DNA of 63,617 bases, filler included, from Rhabdomonas costata (lineage: Eukaryota), in the NCBI GenBank assembly GCA_019059605.1. It is 21 parts of 21 records of this genome, joined end to end, with 100 filler letters (N's around TTAATTAATTAA, not from the genome) between each part and the next. Parts side by side here need not be neighbours in the genome. Positions count along the whole stretch, not along the records: positions 36,454 to 39,384 come from JAHMHO010001711.1; positions 39,485 to 42,420 come from JAHMHO010001712.1; positions 42,521 to 45,450 come from JAHMHO010001713.1; positions 45,551 to 48,476 come from JAHMHO010001714.1; positions 48,577 to 51,505 come from JAHMHO010001715.1; 16 more parts are not named here. One strand, 5' to 3'. The translations under genes were made by a program, and so were the position numbers. Numbering within the stretch: the first letter of the stretch is position 1; every line of letters begins with the position of its first letter. This document shows positions 37,295 to 48,772 of this stretch, piece by piece. The notes beneath the pieces were generated by a model. The model worked only from the letters and a program-made list of their open reading frames with translations. It was not told where the DNA came from and ran no database searches.

Positions 37295-39150
37295 ATGCCA
37301 GCCGCCCTTTTGTGGACTGCAGTGAGGAGAGTGCTGGCTTCAGGGCTGATCGTTGTGGTGTTGCTTTTAACATTGCTCCCCACCGCCGAAGGTGCCCTCT
37401 GCACAGTCCCGCTCTGTGACTTTTGCGACTTTCATTCTTCTCGAAGAAAGTGTGGTTAATGGATCGGGCGAACTATTGAACGAGCACGGCTTGAAAGCAC
37501 CCTTACTCTCCTGAAGAGATACACTTTTTCTTTTTCCTTTTCCTTTTTTTACGGCTTGCGTTTGGTTTTCCGTGGTGGGCTTTGCCTTACCCTTTTACTG
37601 AAGAAGCTCGACATTAAAGGTGTCACGATTTTCGTCTTTCAGTTTGTTCCAGTTTAGTACTGCGTCACCACAATCCAGTGAACAGTGCTCCAGCAAGCAC
37701 CAAGCAGCCACGTGGTGCTGAAGAGGAGTTAGCACTCGGGACGCGCAGAACGTATCTATTTCCGCACATAATCACAACAAAATAGGCGTGTGCGGCGGAA
37801 AGGAACGGAGACCACAAATCACAGAACCGGTAAGTGAGAGTAAGAAACGAACAGAAGAAAAAGCAGGGAGGCTAGAAAGGGGGTGTTTGGAACGACAGGG
37901 AAGTGGTGGCACGGTTGCATTTATGTGGGTTGTGTGTATAACGAGTGTGTGGTGGGCGCATTGCGCGCTGGCTGTTGCCTGGTTGTGTGTGGTAAGCATT
38001 CTTGTGTACTCGCTTTTCAGTTCAAAACTCCCATAACCGCGCCAATGCAATTTCGAAGAAGGTTCAGTTCCAGTTTTAGGCATGGGCTCCGGTAAAGGGC
38101 GCGAGAAAGTTGCTCACGGACCACATCTTTCAGGTCTGCTCACCTGTGGGACCGCCCACTTCGTCTGCCCAAATGGCTATCCCCCAAAGCGAAAAACGAC
38201 GTCCTGCTCTACTTCCAACTGCAGCGTCGCGGAGTGTTGCACTGGTATGTCAATGTTGCGAATCAGTTGCGAATCAGCGTGAAAGAATCATGACACAAAA
38301 TTCTTCACTTGTGTGCTGAGATTTCGCTTCGGAAAACTTCCCTCCTTCGTCGTATCTCATTTCCCAGGACCCCATCGATATCTCGGTTGTTTCAACGACT
38401 GGACGCGCCCTGATCCTGGGTGCGTGCCTGGCTGCGGTTCCGATAACCGTGACCTGTATTACCGAGCCAGATATTATTCCGACCCTACCTATGGAGGGAT
38501 CCCGGCGGAGTGCATTGCCCTTTGCCGGGGTGAAGGCAGCCGCTATGCTGGGCTGCAGCACGGGGAGTGGTGTTTCTGTGGCAGCCGCTACGGAAGGTTC
38601 GGGCCTGCCAACAACTGTAACATGCGGTGCCAGGCCGATTCCTCTCAGTTGTGTGGGGGAAGTCAGTCCAACTCCATTTACCTAGGTGTTCGTTTTGTAT
38701 CCTTGCTTCAACACGTGAGAGCTCTTGTGAAATCGCAAGCCTCACGCAAGATACGCCTGTTAGGATGGGCCCCTCAAGGTTGGAGAAAAGTAAGTTCGGG
38801 ATGGTCTCAGATCTTTGGCTGCACTTAAAAAAACGACGACAAGCAGGGCCTCTTGCTCAGTTTTGCACGCGCTGGACATGCCGTTAACTGTTGTGTTCCT
38901 GAAGGGATTCCAGTCGATCTACAGCATTACGTGTTCACGAAGGGGACATCGTCGAACTCACGAGGAGCTGAAGCCGCCAGCATGATTCAGCAAAGGTGGA
39001 ATATTTTCATGGTGGTGTTTTGGTAATTTTTGCTCTCAGTCAAGGCCAACTCAACCTGTGGAGATCTCAGAGTAACATGCCCCGAGGGCGACGTTCCTAA
39101 GGACGACAGCACGGTGTGCAACACCTGCAACACCTCCGAGTGCTGCAGCG
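37295..39150 (+). CDS. Secreted/surface WSC-domain protein with flanking six-Cys modules, 5' part (exons 37295-37391, 38134-38244, 38368-38685, 39040-39150)
   Basis: Signal-peptide exon; WSC motifs YLGCFND, CIALC...YAGLQHGEWCFCG, CNMRCQADSSQLCGG..NSIY; two related TC-x5-CPxG-x3-K-x4-C-x2/4-C-x3-ECC modules. Confidence 0.9.
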
Positions 39151-39484
39151 GTGTGGCGCCTTCCTGCGCGCATGCGTTTGGTTTTCTATTGCTGAAACGG
39201 GACCGATTGCTCATTGGGAATGCTGACCCAAAGTTAGCATTCGCCAAGAGTGCCCGGCCAAGAATTGCTGCCTTCATTGTAGCTGGGGTTTTGCGGTTTT
39301 GCTGGAATTTGTGGTCTTCTTTTATTGCATTCTGTCCTGCATTTCATTTGTGAACAGTTGAACCAGCTTGTGTGTGTGCCCTCCNNNNNNNNNNNNNNNN
39401 NNNNNNNNNNNNNNNNNNNNNNNNNNNNTTAATTAATTAANNNNNNNNNNNNNNNNNNNNNNNNNNNNNNNNNNNNNNNNNNNN

Positions 39485-41353
39485 GGGGTGTGGTCGCCGC
39501 CACCGCCACCTCGCTTGCCGCGGGGGACGGTGCTGTTCGCTCCCACAATCGCTGTGCGGTTGAGATGGAAGAAAGGGTGACGCTGTTTGTGTATGTGGGG
39601 GGGGGGGTGCCATGAGCAGGGGAAGCTTGGGACACTATGGCATTCTTTTCAGGACAGCAGGAAACACTAACTGGCTTCCGCGTACGCGTCCTCTACTGCA
39701 TGGTGTTGGTATAGAATCAAATCACACCTGCATATTTTCACGACTCCTTGAAAAGTAACTAAGGAACTTAAAGTATGGTGGTGAGGGAAGGGATTAGCTA
39801 ATGTTTGGGGGGGGGGATTGTTCGCCTCATTGTGGCCGCAGTCTCTCATCCCAGCAAAAACTGTAAAATGATATTCGGACTAGAGAGGCCTGCACAAGGC
39901 CCAAGGCAGACAGCGTGGGCTAACACCAGACCCGCGAATGCCGCCAAGGCATACGGCACTTTCCAGCAAGCTGCAAACGCAAACGTGACAGCAAACAGGA
40001 AGTAAAGGAAGAAGGCGGACGGGGTGGATGGTGGGATCCCACGAACGTGGCAAATGTGTGGGTGTGTCGAGGATTGGTCCGGTCTATTTTTTTTTGGAGG
40101 GGGGGCGGGGAGCGTTAAACGGTATAACGCCGTTCTACGGTCATGGGACGATTTTTCTGGCCATTCCGTTGTCTTTCACGTTGGTCAGTATTGTTGGTAA
40201 GAACTCATTCCTTGCTGGGCTTTAGCTAACAAAAGGGATTCGATTAGTTTAGGGACGGAGGCCACCCCGGCGCGGCCGGAGCGGGCGGCTGAGGCGGGGA
40301 CGTTCCCTGGGGGTAGATTTCAATAGTTCGTGGTGATACACCTCAAAGCCAAGCATGTCCACTAGTGTCTAGGTGGGCCGGGGCCCCGGGATTTAAATTC
40401 GTTCCTCGTCGTAAAACACCGTTATACCGTATAATGACAGTATGCCATATAACGGCGTTTGTCGTTTAACGCCCCCCCCCCCAATAGACCGGACCCGTCG
40501 CGGATGGGAACCCGAAACATCCAAAGTGGAGAATCCAAATCCCAGAAAGCTCACAACTACAGCGTGTAAACGGGGCAAAGCAAAAACCTTGGAAGAGCTC
40601 AACCGTGACGATGTTCTCACGGGCGCTAGTCTCCAAAGCCCAAAGGCCAGGTACCTCAGACTGGCACCCAGGTCGTTTCAGGCCCCAAGGTTTCCTGTGA
40701 GGTAGGATCACCCCCCANNNNNNNNNNNNNNNNNNNNNNNNNNNNNNNNNNNNNNNNNNNNNNNNNNNNNNNNNNNNNNNNNNNNNNNNNNNNNNNNNNN
40801 NNNNNNNNNNNNNNNNNNNNNNNNNNNNNNNNNNNNNNNNNNNNNNCACACACACACGCACACGCAGAAACACACATCCTTGAGAGTATATACCGTTTCC
40901 CAAAAGGGATCCGAAAGGAGACAGGGAGGACCAGGCAACATACTCGAAAGCGTCGTCCTGGTCGAGGGAAAGCGTTGCCGTTCTTCCGCCGTTGAAGATC
41001 AGGGTGAGGGTCCAGGGCGACCCATAGGCCCATCGGTTGTTCTCCATCTGTCGGCACTCCTTCTGCCCAGAAGGGATCTTCAGGCCGAGAAAGTTGTGGT
41101 CCGGCCGTCTATCCAAGTTGTCCCAGTCGTAGTTGTCTTTCACGACCGCGGTGGTGTCAACGATGTCCAGCCCGGCGACCCGGTTGTGCAGGCAGAACAT
41201 GGACCGGACGCTAGAACCCAGCCGTGGGATGGGCGGGGTGCTCGCGGAGGGAGAATCTTCCTTCAGCGCCCCCCAAGCCCCCCAAGTGAGGCACAGCCAA
41301 ACCAACAGAACAAAAGCCGCCCGCAGGGGCCTGCTCGCCGTCACCATCGCCAT
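39485..41353 (-). CDS. Secreted protein of unknown function, 5' part (exon 41353-40944; probable exons 40694-40655 and 39582 to contig edge)
   Basis: ATG plus hydrophobic signal (AAFVLLVWLCLTWGAWG); GC3-rich exon with KDNYDWDNLDRRPDHNFLG; phase-compatible downstream exons. Confidence 0.75.
40075..40496. mobile_element. Non-autonomous TIR element (MITE), Mutator-like
   Basis: Imperfect TIRs of about 55-70 bp (ggtccggtctatt...gcgttaaacg...aacgccgtt versus aacggcgtt...cgtttaacgc...aatagaccggacc), flanked by 9-bp direct repeats gtcgaggat (40066-40074) and gtcgcggat (40497-40505). Confidence 0.75.
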
Positions 41354-43002
41354 TGTGGATGCGACTGAAAAACAAAGCTGCCCCTGCGCGGGAAATGCAG
41401 AATCAAAAGTTAACGCAGTATCTTAAAGGGTGGTGACTATCGGTGATGGTGAAGATGAGGTTGCTTTTACCTGGGGCACGAAGGCGCTTAACTCAGAAAA
41501 ACAACTGAATTGAGAAAAGTGCAGGAAACCGAAAGTTTAGCGCATACCATTTAGTGGGGTAGCACGGTTTCGAGGTAACCTTCGCACAGGCGGACGCAAG
41601 CCCTGGCAGGCAGCGCCAACTGTTCGTTGAGATTTGAGGTTTGGGCGGCAAAAAAAACAGTGCAAATGCTAGCGGACATTAATGCATTGCCCAAACAAGG
41701 GTGTTTCACATATCCATCGTTCAGCAATCGAATGCACGAAAGGTGCGCACACCACGTGGAGCTCGGAAATGCCTGTGCAGGGCTCTTCCACCGAAACGTC
41801 GAGGGGCACACAAGCCATCGCATCCAGGCAAACCACCGACACACACTAACATGGGAGACGTAACATTCGGCACCAGCGAACCCTTAGAAGCATCTGATGA
41901 AGGAGACAACAGAAACTCCTTCGAACGGCTAAAAAAAAACCGTTAAGCACAAAAACAGAGAAAGCCCCTGGGTCGGGGCTAAGTCTCAGGCAAACGTATT
42001 GTACAGGCAGCGAAAGAACAGCGGAAACAACACACGGCAATGGCAATGCTCTCTGAGCTGTCGTTTCACAAGCCCTTGGAAGCAAAACAAAACCGCAGAG
42101 ATGGAACACTGCCAGCGGCCATGGAGGCGAAGCAAAAGGCTGCAGGCATTCACAAAGCCGTGGTTGCTGCTCTGCCTTGTCAGGGTCAGTTCGAAACCTA
42201 AGGAGGAAAAAAGCCAGCGAGCGAATCAGAGCTGCTCACAGGGTGCACCCAAAAGGACCAGTCGCCAACCGCCAACCAACCTTCTGCCGCGTCTTTGTCC
42301 CTCCTCCCCTGCCATTCACCACGGTGTCTCCATATCGGGCTCCATTGCAGGCCACTTCGGGGCAAACGCACTCAAATGTTCCTTCTTTTGCTGCCCTAAT
42401 TCCATGAGGGGCTCCACCCCNNNNNNNNNNNNNNNNNNNNNNNNNNNNNNNNNNNNNNNNNNNNTTAATTAATTAANNNNNNNNNNNNNNNNNNNNNNNN
42501 NNNNNNNNNNNNNNNNNNNNGTGTGTTGTTACAGCAACGTGCACCCCGGAAGTTACCTTAGACGTCTGCAAACGGCTGGACATTCCGGCGCCCCAGTCCG
42601 AAATCTTCCAAGCTGCAGCGAGTGGTCAGCCGCAGCCGAAGAATGTCTTCGAGGTTCTGCCCGTTTTTTTTTCATCGTATGGTGGAGCGGCTTGTGTAAT
42701 AAGCCCGTGCATACACCTGTAAGACGTCATCCTAGAGTGTTGACACAGTCACGCATAAGTACGGCGGCCGATCGTCTCCTGTACTGTTTGAAATTGCAAT
42801 AACTGGGGCTTACGAAGGATATCTATGCTTGACCTCAGCCCTGGCAGGAAGTCGGGTTTTTTGATGTACGGGCTGCAGCGATCTGACACAGTACAAATGA
42901 TTTTTGTGGAGGTTGAACCTGCCTCAAATGAACGTCTTTGTGATGCTCGTCCATCCTTTTGTGAATTTTTTCCATCTTGTTTTTTTTTTTGCATTTCGGC
43001 AG

Positions 43003-45064
43003 GTTTCGGTGTCCTGCAGCGGGGGTGTCGTATTATGCTCCCACCCCCGGGCTAACTTGAAGCTGCGCATCCACAAACTCTCTCCCTCGAAGGATGGCAG
43101 ACAGAGCCATTTGGACAGGTTCTTCTCCAGATACTCTCCGCTTTTCACCTCTACCACGTAAGCAAGGTTTCACAAAGGTCCAGTTGGTTGGGAAATGCGT
43201 GGTCCTGTCACATACTCCTACACTCGCCTAGGACCGACCAAAGCGAAAATGTGCTTTGGGCTGACTGGCGCCCTGCATGAAGTAGGGAATGCGCTTGGTT
43301 TCTGCCCCAAATCAAAACTGAGCTGAAACTTCCTCCTTTCTGCAACAAAGCGTTCTCACAAAGAGCGGTGGTCGTGTTGCTATTGGCTCCGAATTTGTTT
43401 TCATTCCTCACGTGCTTACCCATGAACCGACTCCCTAGTGTCTTCTCTTCCACTTAGGTTGGATCAGCTTGCCCAAATCTTCCGCACTCCTCCGGTTGCA
43501 GACTGCGACTCTGTGATTGTGTACACTGCCTTTCAGGTGGCCGTGCGGGACACCTTTCTTTATTGAGTTGTCGCTCCATTCGGCAAGAGTTTTTCCCTCA
43601 CCTTTTTGGGGCCGCTTATATCCATGCTGATATTTCCATTCGTAGTTCGGCCTCGAAGTATCTTGGGGACTGTTCCCATTAAGATATGTGTAGGCCGATT
43701 TTTTTCTCCCCGACGGCGTTCTCAGCAACCTGTTCCATGCTCGCTTTGGGTTGTTTGCTCAGAAACAGTCCGAGGAGGTGGCAGAGTTTCTCCGGATGAA
43801 GGTGACCTTGGAGTGCGCCAGCTACCATGGAGTGCGTCGCGCCATTTTCGCCTATTCTACCTCCGCTGTTTTTGACTCAGAGCCCCGTCCTGTCATCGAA
43901 TTATGCTGGGAAACTTCCTTCCATCTTCGCTTAAGGATCTTTGTTCAACATTGGCACAGCTGAGATTGTCTCTGAAGGCTTCGCGAGCTTTCAACATTTC
44001 AGCTCACCGGTGCCCATTTTTGTAAGTGTTGATAAGGTCTGTCGGACGTTTTCCAGCAGCAGTAGCCATCCTTTTTAACCCTTCCAAGGGAATGAGCAAT
44101 GAGGAGCGCCTCCGGGTGCAGCGGAGGTTCATGACGGGAAAGCTTCGCGTAATCGTTGCCACGGTGGCGTTTGGGATGGGCCTGGACAAGCCTGACGTGC
44201 GGGCTGTGATTCACTTCAGTTTTCCCACCTCCCTCGAGCAATACGTTCAGGTTCGCAGTGCCATTTTTTTGCCACTAGCCTTGGAAACTGACTGCACCAT
44301 TAATGAGAGACATGCATCGCGAGCGTGAAGACGCGTTTTTGTGTCTTTAGGGCGTGTTATTTTCTCCCTCATACCCGAGCACTTCGAGAGAGCTTGCCCG
44401 CTTGAGCATTGCAATTGAAAACGCAATCGAATTCGATAATGAGCAGCGGGGGGTTCAACGGCGTGCACAATTTTGTTTTGAGATTCGGGCCTCCCCTCAG
44501 GAGCTGGGCCGCGCAGGGCGGGATGGACAGCCCGCCTTCTGTGAGCTTCTATTGGACCCTGGGGACTTTCACTCGCACCTCAGCAGGGCATATGACAATG
44601 ACTTGGACCGGGACACGGTGGTGTCTCTGTGCGAAAGGGCCTTCGGCTGCGACAGCTATGCGTCCAATGAGAAAGCCATCGGTGTGGCTGGGCAACCTTC
44701 TGGTCTTAGCCTTCTACTACCTAGACCCCCTAACATTTTTGTGTTAAGAGACAACTTTGGTGTCTGGTGTCTGTCCCAGGCTTGTTTGCAGCTGCACTGT
44801 TTGGGATGAAAGGAGATGCAACCCATCTCACGTTGGTTTTCCATTGCACACGAAAGAATAGGCAAAACAAATGTGAACCTACCGCAGTCAATGTATTTCC
44901 TTTCCTTTCCTTTCCTCCGCATGCAGCTCAGGGCAGGCCCGTGCATGTGGGGGTCCCCATTCGCGCCACGGCTTTCCAGCTGGACCTCCGCGAGGAGGTG
45001 GTGCAGACCCTGCTCAGCTTGCTGGTGCTGCACTGCCCTACTCACCTCCAAGGGCTTCCCGCTG
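43003..45064 (+). CDS. RecQ-family DNA helicase, RECQL4-like, six internal exons
   Basis: [77 protein letters not shown]. The downstream [17 protein letters not shown] recalls the RECQL4 C-terminal region. Confidence 0.93.
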
Positions 45065-46591
45065 GTATGTGTGTAGGTAGGTGCCGGTGGATACGTGTGT
45101 GTGGTGTGTGTGCGTACGTGTTTTTTTATCCGTTTTGCACGCCCTCTGTTTTTGCTTTTTTCGAACCCGTTCTCTCTTTCTCCTGAACATGTTTTAAAGC
45201 CGAAGCCCAGAACTCTGACAATGACAGAACATGGCAATGAGCTCATGGCGGAGTTGGGAACTTTCTCGGATGCTCCCTTTCAGCTCCCGTGGTCAGAAGG
45301 GCAGCGCGCAAAATCGGCCGCACGTGACGTTTTGTTACATTGCTGTCATGTGCACGTTTGTTTCACTTATGGCGTTCCCTTTTGATCCTTTTTTCTCGCC
45401 TCGCGTGCACGCTTGAGTGAGATGAAAGATCAATTACCACACAAAAAGATNNNNNNNNNNNNNNNNNNNNNNNNNNNNNNNNNNNNNNNNNNNNTTAATT
45501 AATTAANNNNNNNNNNNNNNNNNNNNNNNNNNNNNNNNNNNNNNNNNNNNTTGTTTGGTGGGGGGGTTCAGGAAGTTTTCAGGCTTTTTAGGAGACAGAA
45601 ACTACTCCTCTATTCTCAATTTTCCTTTTGACTTTGTCCTTTATTCTCAATTTTGACACGCCCGCCCACCGCCCACCCTCTCTCCAAATGGCAAAAGAAT
45701 AGCGCCGGGCAATAGGAAAACAAAACAGATCCCCAGACGATGGAACGCCACATCATCGGTCAGGTGACAAGTGACACTTGACAGTGGTGTACAGGAGGTG
45801 TACAGTTGTGACCGTCATCCGGGAGTGTTATCTCACCCAACTATCAAGAGGAGGATGAGACACTTCGTTGACTGGGCCGGCCAACCAAAGGTGAAGGAGA
45901 AACGTCTCACCACTCTGACAGACTTCGCGCAAAGCACACAGATACACACACGCAGGTGCCCCCTCGGGCCCCTTTCTGGGCCCCCCATCCCAAGCGTGTT
46001 CTGAGGGCGCGGCCCAACCGTAGTGGGGGTCCGTTCTCGGCTGCCATGGGGTGGCCCGGCCATGGCGCTCGCCGGCCGCTGGTGCCTGCGCGGCCGGACA
46101 ACGTTCGTGTGGTGTACGGGGGTACGGAGGGCCAAATCCCGCAACCACCGGCTGCCCCTTTGGGGCAAAACACCTGACCCCACTGCTTGTGGCGACTCCT
46201 CGCAGGCCATTGTTTCTTGATTTTTTCGAAGAACATTCGCGTTCGCACTGACCCGATTTGCCTTCGAAGTTGTTAATAGTGCGGAACACTGTGCCATGCT
46301 ACGTGCTGCGATGTGTGCTTGATTTCAGATGCCAAAGCTGGAATGAGCGAAGAGGTGTTGAAGCCCATTTGCATTTATTTTTTGCACGGGGGTGATTTAC
46401 GTTATGATGCAATTGCGAACCAGTTTCTCCTTCTTCCCTGGAGTGGCTGTGGCTGTGAAGATTTGGTCTGGCACCGTTCTTTCCCCTAAAGCACCGAATT
46501 TCATACTTTGGCTTGTTCTTTAGTTCAAAGCTCGTGTTCGTTTTGCTGTGCTGCCAACTCGTGCGTGCTTGAGTGGGTTCCGAGGTGAGAA

Positions 46592-48318
46592 ATGGACTCC
46601 GATGGGCTGAGCCGGGCCCTGCTCACGGTGTCGGAGAAGAACTCCCTCCCCGTGGTGACCGACCTGTGTGAGGTGGTACTCAAGCTCCTCGCTAACCTTC
46701 TGGAGGAGCCCTCCAACCCGAAGTTCCGCACTCTTCGCGGGCGCAATCCTGCCCTGCAGGTTCTTTCGTCGTGTCGTCCCGCAAGGCTTCTCTTTTGAGC
46801 GAGTCTTTCTTCTCGTGTGTCACACCTTTGGACCGCTTTTGTGCATGTTTTTTAGTCGCTGTGGTTTTTTGCGACGTAGACGTTTGCTGCTTAAGTGTTT
46901 TTGCGGCTGAGTTGACACGAGTTTCATCGCATAGTGCGCTGAGTCACTTTAGGTCCCACCCCACATTAATGGAGGTGTGGTAGAGGTTTTTTCCCAGAGT
47001 GTGTAATCGTGGTCCTTATATTGTGGATGCTGCTTTTTTTAGTATTGTTTTGTCTTGTTTTACAAAAGCACCTTTTCGAACATATTAGCGAAAATAAAAG
47101 GCACATAAAAACGCACTTGGCTGTTGGTTCCTTCTGCGTGACGGTGGCATTTTCTACGGGGCATCTCTTTTATTTTGGTGTCAGAACTCCCCCCCCCCTT
47201 TTTTTGAATGAAGCGCACCATATGTAGAAAGATGCCCGTTGGCATAAAATTGGGTCAGGTTTATCAGTCAGGAGGTGGTAACTAGCAGAGTGCTGTACGG
47301 TTCACCCCCTCTTAAGACAAAATGTGCATGTGGGTGAGCCCTACCTAACGTCCTGTCCGACACGCAGCCAGCAGCTTGGCTGGCCCGCTGGCTATGCGTC
47401 CAGATGATCACCAAATTTCCTTTTTCCAGGCCAAGCTCTGGGGGGTGCGCGGGGGGCCGGAGTTGATGCGCAGCCTCGGTTGGGTCACGAAAGTGCGGGA
47501 TATGGAGGAGCTGTGGGAATTCTTTCCTGGCCAGGACACTTCAAAGGAGCAGCAGGAGGTGCTCCGTAAGGCCGTGGGGAAGCTGCAGAAGCTGGTTCGT
47601 GCTAGGGGTGACGGGGCAGAGGGTGCTCATATGGACCTATGTGGAAAAGAGGGACTTTTAGAACCGGAGTAGTATGGCCAATAGTGCTGCAGTGGGAGGT
47701 TTGCAACGTTTTGCAAAGTGTTTTTTGATGCTGTGTGTTGCGAAACAGGTGGTACGACGCTACTTGAGGGCAATCTTCAAGTTTTATTTTGTGGTGTCAA
47801 AGTTTCTGATGGGCACTCAGACGTGAGCAAACGTATTTTTTCACCGCCGATTTCTTTTCGTGCTCGTTGTTGTGCTATCGTCCTTTGAAAACCTTCTCGC
47901 CCGTAGGGCTAACAGCTAGGGGTGGCTGGCGGTCCTGGTTTTCTTGTTTCAAAAGTTGCAAGCAGATGCGAACCACTGTCGGCGTTTTGACGGGCCATTC
48001 GCCGTCAATCGCTCCTGCGGAAAGCCCTGCCCGCGTTCCTCGTCCTCACACCCCATGGTCACTCCCGTCCTTTCGCGACTCTGTCTTTTTTTTTTCGTGT
48101 GAATCAACTCGACTTGAGAAGCGACACCCTGTCTCCGTTCGTTCAGCTGGAGGTCTCACAGGGCAAGGCCCGTGCCCTGGCCAAGCCTGCGGGACAGTCC
48201 TCGGGGCAGCGCGAGGAGATCCTCCGTGCGATTCAGGACGACCGCGAGGCTCGCGCCGCGAAGGCCGCGCGTGCTTCTGTGGCCTCTTCCACTGCGACGC
48301 TGGGACAGAGTAGTGCAG
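46592..48318 (+). CDS. PUB (PUG)-domain protein (exons 46592-46759, 47430-47594, 48147 to about 48318)
   Basis: VVLKLLANLLEEPSNPKFRTLRGRNPALQ|AKLWGVRGGPELMRSLGW matches the PUB consensus; followed by helical REEILRAIQDDREAR. Confidence 0.88.
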
Positions 48319-48369
48319 GTTCTTTCCGGACAATCTCCAAACCCGTGGCACCTGCTCATCCTGAGGGCC

Positions 48370-48473
48370 TTGTTGTCCTGCCCGAGGCACCGGGCCCAAG
48401 CGAGCCCAAGCCAATGGCAGGCCTGCCGTACGCGAGGGCTCGCTTGGGCCCGGTGCCTCGGGCAGGACAACAA
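48370..48473. repeat. Perfect 38-bp inverted repeat with 28-nt spacer
   Basis: ttgttgtcctgcccgaggcaccgggcccaagcgagccc (48370-48407) and its exact reverse complement (48436-48473). Confidence 0.95.
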
Positions 48474-48772
48474 CACNNNNNNNNNNNNNNNNNNNNNNNN
48501 NNNNNNNNNNNNNNNNNNNNTTAATTAATTAANNNNNNNNNNNNNNNNNNNNNNNNNNNNNNNNNNNNNNNNNNNNTCGACGATAAAGCTCACGCATGGA
48601 TCCGCGTTTGAATCCCGTTTTCGATGAGAAATGGACAATCGCAACGTGGCCAGGTAACTCATGTTGCGTACCGGTTTTGGCATGATGCCCGAATCGCTTC
48701 TTGCTTCTCAGTTTGTTGTGATTGACGTCTGGACGGCTGCAGCTTGCGAGCTGTCTGTTTTTGTGACACAAG

